Shown here: positions 10,238 to 19,654 of the stretch, one piece after another
Position numbering within the stretch: position 1 is the first letter of the stretch
Layout of the letters: every line of letters starts with the position of its first letter
IMG/VR virus record: IMGVR_UViG_3300043464_002284
Span: 124,001 to 188,000 of that record
Length of the DNA stretch: 64,000 bases
Reading direction: 5' to 3' (one strand)
Notes under the pieces: model-generated
Databases searched by the model: none
What the model was told of the DNA's origin: nothing
The model's input: only the letters and a program-made list of their open reading frames with translations
Translations under genes and position numbers: made by a program

Positions 10238-10266
10238 TTGACGTTGGTCGATAATAGGTGTAGAAT
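10238..10266 (+). promoter_or_regulatory. Sigma70-type promoter with CGATA spacer motif
   Basis: TTGACG-TTGGTCGATAATAGGTG-TAGAAT. Confidence 0.8.
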
Positions 10267-10527
10267 AAGAACACAAGAAAGAAAAGGAATCCCAATGATT
10301 ACGACTATCGAATACGTTCAGTTGTTTGCCTTGATTGCTTTTGCTGGTTTCATCTCGTACACTGCCCACGAGGTGGGTAACGCTATTCAATCCATTCTTC
10401 ACGACTGAGGGAATATGTCTAGGTATCTGCCTGATGGTTATGTAGATTATGCTACATACAATATCAAAGAAGTTTTACAGTTTCTTCAACAATTACTAGG
10501 AATCATTAGCGAAAGCTGGTAAACAAA

Positions 10528-10845
10528 ATGACACACTTTGAAGCAGTAAAGATGGTTCGTGGTAAGACTAATAAGGATACTCGCAAGGTTGGCAACAATA
10601 CCTATGCGGAAATTCTTCCCGATGGTAGCGTAGGCATTATGCTGCATAGTACCTATGTGGTAAAGATTCATCCTGACAACTCTGCTACCCTCAATAGTGG
10701 GGGGTGGCATACTGCTACCACTAAGGATAGAATCAACCAGTATTCACCTGTACGGGTATATCAACGCAAGGGACAATGGTATCTGGAATGTGGTCTAGAG
10801 TATGAAGATGGTATGATTGTGGCCGATAATAACCTTATCTACTAA
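10528..10845 (+). CDS. Phage hypothetical protein
   Basis: GNNT...LHST...LNSGGWHTATTKDRIN motif seen in phage early hypothetical proteins. Confidence 0.6.
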   Translation: MTHFEAVKMVRGKTNKDTRKVGNNTYAEILPDGSVGIMLHSTYVVKIHPDNSATLNSGGWHTATTKDRINQYSPVRVYQRKGQWYLECGLEYEDGMIVADNNLIY

Positions 10846-11085
10846 GAAAGAAAAAAGATGAAAAACGTTTTTACCTTTACGATTGCTTGGGGCGTTTCAA
10901 TTTGTTTGCTTGTTGCAGTAATGCAGGCTACTGGTTTGGGGCATCCTAACTGTGAGCCTACTACTGTAGGATATGCTGAATTCTACGCTACACTGTTCGG
11001 ATGTTCAGTGCTCAGTTGTATACTAGGTATGGCTTGCCTTGGGCTGGTCGTTCTGGTATATCCACAAAAAACATAGCACTAGCCG

Positions 11086-11163
11086 TAAACCCTTGCTGCT
11101 AAAGGACTTAGGGCAAGGCGGGCGGGCCGGGATCGACGTAAGTCCTTATGGCGTATGCACTTA
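11086..11163. repeat. Double-palindrome element 4
   Basis: Starts 11086/11139; core GGCGGGCGGGCCGG. Confidence 0.9.
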
Positions 11164-11871
11164 CGACAACTTAGCAAATACTATGCCAATATCAAAGAAA
11201 ATGACGAAAAGTTTTGTCAAATTCTCTTGACATAAAAATATCCGGATTTCTCTTGAAAGCTCAAGATGAGCATGGTATAATGTCGATATAAGAGATAGAG
11301 AAGAAAGAAAGAGAGAGTTGAGATGGAAAAAGTTACGAGTGTGAATGGTTTCATTGCTTCGCTTCCCAAGATTCGGAAGCGTAAGATTTGGAGTGTGACG
11401 ATTGACGGAAAGATTGTTCAAGGCGTGAGTGCTGACGACAATCGTAAGGAAACTGCTGAAGCGTATATCGCCAGCAAGTATCCTGGTCAAGCTTTCACTC
11501 TCAAGTTTGTTGAGTGGAGAATCTGACCCCCATTAGAGGGGATTGACAAGCACAAAAACTTTGATAGAATACCAGAAAGAGAAAGAGAGAAAAGAATGTA
11601 CGAGATTGGCGACAGTGTGATGCTCAAGGGATTCGAGAAACAGATTGTTGGAAAGATTGTTTCCTACCACTATGATGAGGGAAATGTGTGGACGGTTAGG
11701 ATGCCCGGTGGGCAGCAATGGGATTTTGGCGACCATGAGCTTTCGCCCGCGGTTGATGCCTACGGACAACCCTGGACTTATCGACCCACCCATAGTGGGG
11801 GTTGATAGGCAAAAGAATTGTTGATAGAATCCACACACAAGAGAACGATAGACCTTAGAGAGAAAAAGAAA

Positions 11872-12252
11872 ATGAAAACCAAGTTCCCTATCATCGAAAA
11901 TGCCAAGCGTCAAGCCCGTATGATCTTCAAGGGTATCGCCGTGCCGATGCTCGTGGAAATCCCCGATGATAAGGTTGTGGATGATGTCGATTACGTTTAC
12001 GGTGTGACTGACCACAAGCGTTACGTCATGAGCGAAAAGGTTCTCAAGTTCAATCGTACCGCACTGAAGAACATTGGCAAGGTTCGCAAGGAAAAGGCTG
12101 ACCCCCGCTATGTGGGGGGTGAGGATACCATGATCGTTCCGGTTGGCAAGCCGGGAAGTCGTGAGCGTGTCGAGGAACTGACCAGACAGTATGCTGCCAT
12201 TGCTGCTTGTGGTGAAGAAATCAGCCCGTTCAGCTTCAAGAGTGATGAATAA
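11872..12252 (+). CDS. Hypothetical protein
   Basis: RBS; GC-richer codon usage. Confidence 0.65.
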   Translation: MKTKFPIIENAKRQARMIFKGIAVPMLVEIPDDKVVDDVDYVYGVTDHKRYVMSEKVLKFNRTALKNIGKVRKEKADPRYVGGEDTMIVPVGKPGSRERVEELTRQYAAIAACGEEISPFSFKSDE

Positions 12253-12287
12253 ACGCACACTACTGCACAAAGACATAGCAGTTGACC

Positions 12288-12365
12288 TAAAGCGTTACCC
12301 TATAAGGACTTAGGGCAAACGCGCCCGCCCTTATTTGACGTAAGTCTTTATGTCTCAACAACTTA
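12288..12365. repeat. Double-palindrome element 5 (core inverted)
   Basis: Starts 12288/12341; core GCGCCCGCCC. Confidence 0.9.
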
Positions 12366-12692
12366 CAACCTTACAACATTGTAAGGAAACTTTTCCTGCT
12401 CTAACCTGTTGACATTGGACGATAATAGAGGTATAATCGTAAGACAAGAGGGAGAGAATAAAGATGAAAGATATGAACACTCGTACAATGCAAGACATTC
12501 TGAGGAATACCCAGATCAAGCTGGAAACTTGCACAATTCCCGAAGTAAGGGATGGCTATAAGCTGCTGATCAGGCACCTTGCTAGTGAACTTCTGTTTAG
12601 GTATCGTCTAGCCAAATAGCCTAAAGTTTTGCATGGTAGAATGTCGATAATAGGTATAGGGAAAACGAGAACTAACAACAAAGAGGAAAAGT

Positions 12693-12896
12693 ATGGATAA
12701 TCTCACGTTGCCGCAGAGACATGATTGGGTAGCTTTTGACTATAAGGGTAAGAGTTTCAAGGGTGAAGTTCGTAGGGTTTACGATAAGCCCAAGGGTCAT
12801 TTGATGATTGTGAAATTGGGTGAGGGTAAGTATCGTTCGTGCTATCTTGAGCAGTGCGGGAATCTAACTGCTATCTCTACTCAACCGGAGGCTTGA
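12693..12896 (+). CDS. Small SH3/WYL-like beta protein
   Basis: VAFDYKG...GKYRSCYLEQC resembles the WYL F-x-Y...R-x-F-x-x-x-R pattern. Confidence 0.35.
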   Translation: MDNLTLPQRHDWVAFDYKGKSFKGEVRRVYDKPKGHLMIVKLGEGKYRSCYLEQCGNLTAISTQPEA

Positions 12897-13272
12897 ATAT
12901 GAGCGATTTTATTATGGTGTGGGTCTGGGTGGCGGTTATGTGTGGGGTTTTGTTCTTTGCTTATTTTCTCACTATTGTGGGAGAAGTTTGGCAGAGGATA
13001 AACGAGTATGAGAATATGCGGGCCAGGGGTTTTACTCTTATGAAGAATGATGAGGGTGATGATTTCTGGGTAGGATACGGGGATTGACCACTTAAACCAA
13101 AATGGAGATACAGGGATGTATCAGTTTGATTTTATTAGTGTGGCTTTTGGGTATATTGTTGGTATTATTCTGTATGCTAGTATGTCAAATATCATGTATA
13201 TGGAGGAAAATGATGAAAATCAGTGATTATGTTCTATTAGGGGTGTGCTTCATTCTAGGATGTGGCTTAACG

Positions 13273-13350
13273 TATCTCCTTCACCAGTAAGGACTTACGG
13301 CGAGTCCGGCCCGCCCCGCAAAGCGTAAGTCTTTATCTATCAACACTTTA
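13273..13350. repeat. Double-palindrome element 6 (core inverted; overlaps the end of a small ORF)
   Basis: Starts 13273/13326. Confidence 0.85.
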
Positions 13351-13414
13351 CGTCAACTGCAAAATTTTTTCTATTTGGCACGGAATTATATTCTGGAATT
13401 TTCCAAGTTACTGC

Positions 13415-13443
13415 TTGACACTGGCCGATAATAAGAGTATAAT
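13415..13443 (+). promoter_or_regulatory. Consensus sigma70 promoter with GCCGATA spacer motif
   Basis: TTGACA-CTGGCCGATAATAAGAG-TATAAT. Confidence 0.85.
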
Positions 13444-13720
13444 CGCAGCATCACGAACGGAAACCACAGGAACCAGAATCATGCTGAATTTCGACGAGAT
13501 CAATGCTATTCTGAACGACATGGCCGAAGCGGGAATTGTTGAGCCGATGGTTGAGCCTATCGACGACCCCAGTGTAGAAGTCAACTTTTGGGATTGGGCC
13601 GATGTTGTGGGTGCTATTGACGACTTTGTTCCAGAGGAGTATACTAATGCTTAGTGCGATTGCTTTTGTTGTCGGATACGTTGGCCTGTTTTACATCACC
13701 ACCATCGTGAGGGATTGACC

Positions 13721-13996
13721 ATGAGCTACGAGTATGATGATCTTGAAGACTTTTATGGTATCGACGCTGATGATCGTACTAACGATTATTGGGCTGGAGA
13801 TGATGACTTGGAGAATGATTCTAATGATTCGTTTGATGATAGTATGGATGGCGATGCTGAGTCTGCGTTGGCTTCCGCTGGATGGGGAACCGACGAGGAT
13901 TACGGTTACTATGGTGACGATGGAGTAGAAGATTTCCACGCCGATGAGGCTGTGGGATTTGTGGATTACAATGAAGACGGGCCATATAACGACTAA
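13721..13996 (+). CDS. Extremely acidic small protein (DNA-mimic candidate)
   Basis: About one third D/E, one Arg, no Lys, aromatic-rich. Confidence 0.65.
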   Translation: MSYEYDDLEDFYGIDADDRTNDYWAGDDDLENDSNDSFDDSMDGDAESALASAGWGTDEDYGYYGDDGVEDFHADEAVGFVDYNEDGPYND

Positions 13997-14012
13997 TTAA
14001 AAGGAAAGAACA

Positions 14013-14405
14013 ATGCAGTATCGAAAGATTGCGACGGGGATGATCGAAGCTACATATGAGAATTATTCACAGTGGCTAGAAGATGGTGTTCTGGCTGAAG
14101 AATTGAATAAGTATGAAATTCCAGTATGGAATGAAATGAACGATAGTACCAAGTGTTCTGCCATAGAATATGTTTATCTGAACCGAGATACTATTGAGCT
14201 ACATTCTGGACTTGTAGAATCATGGGTACAAGCTACGGCTTACTTTATGATCTATGATTTTGCTACTATCCTAGCACATGACGGAAATCCAGAAATCGAA
14301 ATTTTCTTTGATGATATGGATTTCATGATGGATGAAGATACCCTGAACGATGAAGATGTTCAGGAGCAACTTGGAATTAGTCCAGATTTTGGAGGAAAAT
14401 TCTAA
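14013..14405 (+). CDS. Acidic hypothetical protein
   Basis: AAGGAAAG RBS. Confidence 0.65.
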   Translation: MQYRKIATGMIEATYENYSQWLEDGVLAEELNKYEIPVWNEMNDSTKCSAIEYVYLNRDTIELHSGLVESWVQATAYFMIYDFATILAHDGNPEIEIFFDDMDFMMDEDTLNDEDVQEQLGISPDFGGKF

Positions 14406-14415
14406 GCACTCTCCG

Positions 14416-14493
14416 TAAACCCTTTGTGCATAAGCACTTAGGGCTGGCGGGGCGGGCCGATTTTGATGTAAGTCCTTATACCACAATACTTTG
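14416..14493. repeat. Double-palindrome element 7
   Basis: Starts 14416/14469. Confidence 0.9.
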
Positions 14494-14921
14494 CGACAAC
14501 CTTACGGTATTGCAAGGAGACATCCACTTGACATCTAAAGTTTCTCTGCTATACTTGTCGATATAAGAGATAGAGAAAGAGAGAGTGAAGAATGAGTAGG
14601 TATTACGAAGGTCGTTTCAACCCGTACAATCGTCATGATACGGGAATGTATGTGGTCTATCGCAAGAGCGACAACAAGCACCTTGGAACGGTTGTGGATT
14701 GTCGTAGTGAGAGCGAAGCCAAGCGCAAGGCTGGCTATGAGTTTGGTTGTGAGTGCTATGTGAGTGAAATTGAGGAATAAAATGAAAACGAAAAAGAAAG
14801 AGTTGACAGCACACCAGAAAGCTGTTATACTCATGAATCGTGAAGCTAGTCGTGCAGTGAATCGTGTGAAGATGTTGGAACAGTTGTATCTTGAAACCAT
14901 GAAAGCAAAGGAACTTGTTAA

Positions 14922-15152
14922 ATGAAGTGCGTTGTTACCCATACGGATACTTTTGGTGGTGAAGCTAACTATGGTTGGGTGAATCGTTATGAGTTCATCC
15001 CCAAGAAGAATGCTTCTCAGCGTAGTGTTATTCGTAAGGCCAAGGCTCTGGCTGGTATGACAGCGGTCAAAGCTGAGACTTATGACTATGGTGATGGTTA
15101 TACCGTTAAGCCTCGCGGCTATGCTCAAATCATCTTTGTTGATTTTGAGTGA
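14922..15152 (+). CDS. Hypothetical protein
   Basis: ORF ends just before element 8. Confidence 0.6.
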   Translation: MKCVVTHTDTFGGEANYGWVNRYEFIPKKNASQRSVIRKAKALAGMTAVKAETYDYGDGYTVKPRGYAQIIFVDFE

Positions 15153-15171
15153 AAAAAATAATCTCTCGTCG

Positions 15172-15249
15172 TAAACCCTTTGTGCTCAAACACTTAGGGC
15201 CGACGCGGGGAGCCGGATTTGACGTAAGTCCTTATCTTGCATAGGGTTG
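15172..15249. repeat. Double-palindrome element 8
   Basis: Starts 15172/15225. Confidence 0.9.
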
Positions 15250-15330
15250 TGACGAAAGAGAATTTCTTACCGAATCTATTGACAATAGCCGATACTCCTG
15301 TAGAATGACTCAACCAAAGGAGGACAAGCT

Positions 15331-15876
15331 ATGTTCACGATGAAAGATTTGAGTCGTGTGCTTCCGGAACTCAAAGGATTGAAGCGGCCTGCTATTTTCT
15401 CTCCATCCAAGAGCGAATCAGCATATAAACTCTCTAAGATGGGGTCGCAGTTTCGTGGTCATGCAATTGAAAAGATGGTTAGGGATGGACTGCTGAAGAA
15501 GCACAAGACAAGCTATCATGGTGGATCTCATTCCCACGACATTACCTTGAATAAGGATGTTAGGATTGAAGTGAAATCAGCTTTAGCTACTCCTCTGGTT
15601 AGTAGCAGGACTAAGAAAATTACTAGATATAAATTTTCATTCAAGCATGTGCAATTGTCTAAGTTTGATATTCTTTTTCTGGTATATGTTACTCCTAATG
15701 GGCCTAAAGTCCGATGGATGACCAAAGCGACAGCGAGGGAGTTTGTTAGTAATCATCGTTCTAAGGCAAGCCATATCGATGTTACTACTTCTTCTTTTCG
15801 TAATCTTGAAGGAACAGCTTGGAAAAAGCTCAAGATGCCAGTAACGAAAAAGAAAAAGCAGAAAGCGAAAGCTTGA
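15331..15876 (+). CDS. PD-(D/E)XK nuclease-like protein
   Basis: RGHAIE...HDITL...RIEVKSA...FSF motif order; own promoter (15279-15306) and GGAGG RBS. Confidence 0.6.
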   Translation: MFTMKDLSRVLPELKGLKRPAIFSPSKSESAYKLSKMGSQFRGHAIEKMVRDGLLKKHKTSYHGGSHSHDITLNKDVRIEVKSALATPLVSSRTKKITRYKFSFKHVQLSKFDILFLVYVTPNGPKVRWMTKATAREFVSNHRSKASHIDVTTSSFRNLEGTAWKKLKMPVTKKKKQKAKA

Positions 15877-15878
15877 CG

Positions 15879-15955
15879 CAAGTCCTTGACTCCAAAGAAC
15901 TTGGGGCAAGGGCGGGCGCCCGGATTGTTATAACTCCTTATCGAATAAAGACTTA
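15879..15955. repeat. Double-palindrome element 9 (period 52)
   Basis: Starts 15879/15931. Confidence 0.85.
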
Positions 15956-16035
15956 CGAAAACCTTGCAATACTGAAAGATTCAAGTTCGCCCCTTGCATT
16001 TGCCGATAATATATGGTAGAATGAAGAGACGAGAA

Positions 16036-16120
16036 GAGAGTCGGAGCTATATCCTCCGGTACACGAGGAACCCACGGCAGTGTCTGCAACAGAGCATGGT
16101 CTGTTGTGCTACTGACTCTC
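16036..16120 (+). ncRNA. Putative ~85-nt structured small RNA
   Basis: GAGAGTCGG/CTGACTCTC closing stem and two internal hairpins; directly after promoter 15994-16022; no convincing ORF. Confidence 0.55.
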
Positions 16121-16223
16121 ATATCGTAAAATTTTTCTAAAGTTTCCGCTTGACAAATGTCGATAATTAGTGTAGACTTGTGGTATGGATGTTGTGATCG
16201 GTTTTCAATTTGAAAGGGTTTCT

Positions 16224-16628
16224 ATGAACGATGTGATTCTGTTTGGTTCGATTCTTGCGGCTGCTGCCGTTGCTGTTGTGGGTTTCGTCTTCTATTCGGT
16301 CTATGGTGGATCGAAGGCTAGCTTGGCGAATGCCCAAGAGGGTCAGGTTTTCAACTTTGTTTACGAGCAGCCTTTGCATGGAACGCATGAGCGTTTTCTT
16401 GCTAAGGTGATTGGCAAGCAGACGTTGACTGCTGACCAGATTGCGAGACTGAATCGCAAGAGTCGGTATCGTATCAATGATCCTGAGTTTGTGCGTACTG
16501 CCAATCTGGTAACGTGTCGAACTGCGGATGGTAAGGTGCGTAATTTCTACGCAGAGCGAGTTACGAAGTGCCGAAAGCCGTTGCTGGCCGGTGCTTTGTT
16601 CAAGAGCGGATTTGCTAACCTGTTCTAA
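16224..16628 (+). CDS. Membrane-anchored WYL-like domain protein
   Basis: N-terminal TM helix; FNFVYEQP...CRTADGKVRNFYAERV. Confidence 0.4.
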   Translation: MNDVILFGSILAAAAVAVVGFVFYSVYGGSKASLANAQEGQVFNFVYEQPLHGTHERFLAKVIGKQTLTADQIARLNRKSRYRINDPEFVRTANLVTCRTADGKVRNFYAERVTKCRKPLLAGALFKSGFANLF

Positions 16629-16664
16629 AAACTAGCAGTCTCTGCCTACTAACTGACCAACCCC

Positions 16665-16742
16665 TAACCCTTTGACACCAAAGGACTTAGGGTAAGGTCG
16701 GCCGCCCCGCTTCGTCGTAAGTCTTTATGCCCCAACACTTTA
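16665..16742. repeat. Double-palindrome element 10 (core inverted)
   Basis: Starts 16665/16718. Confidence 0.9.
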
Positions 16743-16826
16743 CGACAATTCTTTTTTGTTGAAGTTTTCCCTATTGACAAGCCGATAATAGTAGTGTAGA
16801 ATACAGGGAATCAAAAGGAGAAAAAG

Positions 16827-17090
16827 ATGCTGTTTACGCCATATGCTTTGACGGATAAGGTTACTCGCAAGGTTAGTGATGAGGGTATGATCGAATTCAG
16901 TGGGTTGTCTACTGGCGGTCGTCCTTTTTCCATAGTCACTCGACTTGACGATGCCCAGCGTTGGGTCAACGGAGAGTTGATTCAAATTGCTTTCCCGTAT
17001 CTCAATGCGGATGATCGTGAGATTCTCAAAACGGGAATTGATGCTCAGGGTTGGGAGGCAATGTTTGCCGGATCGGAGGATGACGAATGA
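16827..17090 (+). CDS. Phage hypothetical protein
   Basis: GELIQIAFPYLNADDREILKTGI motif; promoter 16774-16802; AGGAG RBS. Confidence 0.65.
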   Translation: MLFTPYALTDKVTRKVSDEGMIEFSGLSTGGRPFSIVTRLDDAQRWVNGELIQIAFPYLNADDREILKTGIDAQGWEAMFAGSEDDE

Positions 17091-17223
17091 GTACCGATAC
17101 CTATATGGTCATGAAGGGCAATAAGGTGGTAGGGTATGTTCATGCGTACAGTACCTATCATGCGTTGTCTCAGGCTGAGAAACTTTATGGGAAAAATTTG
17201 CTGATTGAGCGAATTACCCATAG

Positions 17224-17273
17224 TTGTCCCGCCTAACCCTGGCGGGTCGGGCTGAGTGGGTATAGTCAGCCAG
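17224..17273 (+). repeat. 50-bp ungapped motif, copy 1 (divergent)
   Basis: TTGT..C..CTAA...GG..TGG...AGTCAGCCAG. Confidence 0.7.
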
Positions 17274-17539
17274 TAGTCGGGGCTTGACAAAGAGTCTTTA
17301 ATAGAGTATATTGGGCAGAAAGGGAGAGAATTATGTTGAATAATGATGAGCGTATGGCTGTTTGTGACTGTGTGGCTGATTTTTCTATTCGTCTGTTTCG
17401 TGCTGCTACTGTTGATGATCAAGCTGTTCATAATGAATTGGATATTTTTTATGAGTTCTTTTGTAGGGCTCTTGAGATTGCCAAGAGTGAGGGTGCGGTT
17501 AGGGTTCGTGAGTCTATTGGGGCTAGTAACAACTAATCG

Positions 17540-17617
17540 TAAGTCCTTATCCTTAAAGAACTTAGGGATAGGGCGGGCGGACGAATTTGATGTAAGTGCT
17601 TGTGTATCATAGGGTTA
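17540..17617. repeat. Double-palindrome element 11
   Basis: Starts 17540/17593. Confidence 0.9.
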
Positions 17618-17658
17618 TGTAAATGCTAAAAAATTTTTGGAATTCCTACAGAAGCCTC

Positions 17659-17687
17659 TTGACAAGTGACGATAATAGATGTATACT
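17659..17687 (+). promoter_or_regulatory. Sigma70 promoter upstream of the ncRNA cluster
   Basis: TTGACA-AGTGACGATAATAGATG-TATACT. Confidence 0.85.
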
Positions 17688-17695
17688 TAGCACAT

Positions 17696-18177
17696 AAGCA
17701 GATGAGGGCCGCTGGCAGAATGATATCAAAGAAGCCACGGTTAAATGCAAGGCCGAGTATGGCATAACCCAATCTGCTTTACAATACAAAACTCGTGGGT
17801 CCATGCCTTGGACTAGGTTGGGTAACTCATTACGATAAGCCCCGCATGTCGCGGCAGCGATGGGGCTGACAGTGCCGGTTACGCACTGGATAGTAGTGCC
17901 AATCTATGGGGGATCGCGTCCTCACCACGTTATAATACAATCAGTAATCGTTCCCAAGAGCCAGACAGATTGCTTCATGAACAATCTCAGGGAGGTTTCC
18001 GTGGACGGTTTCCACTAGTGTTTACCTGGCCCAAGGGTTAAAAATATCGGGTATTAGTGGAGTATAGAACCGGAGTCGTAAATGGTTCGCTGATTACAAA
18101 CAGGGGTCGGATAGAAACCAAGTTTACTGGCTGGGTTGGATAATGCGTGATACCGGACATTATTCGTAAAACTATCG
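17696..18177 (+). ncRNA. ORF-free multi-domain structured RNA (four domains)
   Basis: Closing stems AAGCAGAT/ATCTGCTT, CGTGG/CCACG, GTAATC/GATTAC, GATAG/CTATC, separated by AC-rich linkers. Confidence 0.65.
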
Positions 18178-18250
18178 CTGGATATAACTCAAATGGCAGA
18201 GTTCCACTCAGAGATGAGAGGAGTTACAGGTTCAAATCCTGTTATCTGGT
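18178..18250 (+). tRNA. tRNA-like RNA with non-canonical anticodon arm (GAGA tetraloop)
   Basis: Acceptor CTGGATA/TATCTGG, D arm ACTC/GAGT, T arm ACAGG-TTCAAAT-CCTGT; no 7-nt anticodon loop. Confidence 0.6.
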
Positions 18251-18474
18251 AAGTCGATCCATTAACAGCCGGTATACAATACAAAGGAGAAGAGATGACT
18301 AAAGAAGAATCAGACAGAAATGCGGCCATAGTTTATGTTCTTAGGGTTCTTAAAAACCCAATGATGATCAGGAGCCCTGCTAAAAAAGACGCATTGACTT
18401 TAGCAGAGCAGTATGGTATAACGGTGACTGATTTGATTAATGAGTACGAAAAGATAGTAATGAGGGTATAAAGT

Positions 18475-18702
18475 ATGAGATGGAATCCTAATGAGCCAAT
18501 TACTCCGGGATATTATCTGTGTGCTGCTGTTGGATATAATAGACCAATAATGCTCTGTTGGGATATTGACAATAAAGAATGGGGTGAATGGACTCATGGT
18601 GAGTATGATGATGGTATACTTCAATGGGAACCGTTTGATAAGTCTATCGTTAAATATCATATGGGACTGAATGAAATTTCTATGCCGGAGGGTTGGGTAT
18701 GA
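18475..18702 (+). CDS. Hypothetical Trp-rich protein
   Basis: ORF in plus-strand run. Confidence 0.55.
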   Translation: MRWNPNEPITPGYYLCAAVGYNRPIMLCWDIDNKEWGEWTHGEYDDGILQWEPFDKSIVKYHMGLNEISMPEGWV

Positions 18703-18993
18703 TCTACTTAAATATTAATGAGATCGAACGGTTGGCCGAAATTGTTGCTGAACTGGTTAAGTTGGATATGTGTGTGATTGCTGAGTTGAAGGGGACTAAG
18801 TGGAGTATTGAGGTAACTAAGGGATGAAAACTACAACGCTTGAGCTGACCAAAACCGAAATTAACTATTTGTATAATCTGGTATGTGAGAATATGGAGCG
18901 TGGAGAATATTGGGGAAATCAGAATCAGTTTATGAAGATGCAAGAACGTGTTTTTAATAAACTGATGGACTGCGAAACAGAGGTGGCATCCTA

Positions 18994-19248
18994 ATGGAAT
19001 GGATTAGTTTCCACGGGCCTCGTCGCCCTATTAATGGACAAAAGATCATCTATTATGGTGAGGCTATTGGTGTGTGGCGTGGAAAGTATAGGATAAACTA
19101 TACTGACCCTTTTTGTATTCACAATATTGATTGTAGTGAAGCTCCCGGCAATGTAGACTATATGGATGCTCCATACTGGCAACCCGATGAGGGGCAACCA
19201 AAACCACCACCACCAGAACAGCCCTACCCACCAGATTATCCTAGTTGA
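18994..19248 (+). CDS. Hypothetical protein with Pro-rich tail
   Basis: ORF ends at element 12. Confidence 0.6.
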   Translation: MEWISFHGPRRPINGQKIIYYGEAIGVWRGKYRINYTDPFCIHNIDCSEAPGNVDYMDAPYWQPDEGQPKPPPPEQPYPPDYPS

Positions 19249-19250
19249 CA

Positions 19251-19328
19251 TAAGTCCTTGCTGCTAAAGAACTTAGCTCAAGGGCGGGCGGCCGGTTTCG
19301 ACGTAAGTCCTTATCTCTAAAGACTTTA
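19251..19328. repeat. Double-palindrome element 12
   Basis: Starts 19251/19304. Confidence 0.9.
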
Positions 19329-19408
19329 CGATTAGCAATATTTTTTCAAGATTTCCTCTTGACTTGTCGATAATAGTAGTGTAAGATAGTGGTAACACGA
19401 AAGGGAAT

Positions 19409-19654
19409 ATGATGACTGTTGCTGAATTGATCGAAGAACTGAACAAGCTGCCCCAAGATATGCTTGTGCTTGTACCGGGTTATGAGGGTGGATACGACAA
19501 TATCGAAGTTCAGAGGAATGGGGCTGTTGTTCTGGACGATAATTGGGATGGACAAGAAAAGTTTTATTGGTATAATGGGCGACACGCAACGTACTACAAG
19601 GATATGGAAGGCGACGAGCCTACGTCCTGCGTCGTTATCGGGAGGGGAAAATGA
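19409..19654 (+). CDS. Phage hypothetical protein
   Basis: MTVAELIEELNKLPQD...GYEGG motif; promoter 19359-19387. Confidence 0.65.
   Translation: MMTVAELIEELNKLPQDMLVLVPGYEGGYDNIEVQRNGAVVLDDNWDGQEKFYWYNGRHATYYKDMEGDEPTSCVVIGRGK

Noticed and set aside
17696-17779. Hammerhead ribozyme (CAGATGAG resembles CTGATGAG)
   Set aside because: The core U is replaced by A and no GAAA follows stem II; no RNase P or group I core motifs were seen either.
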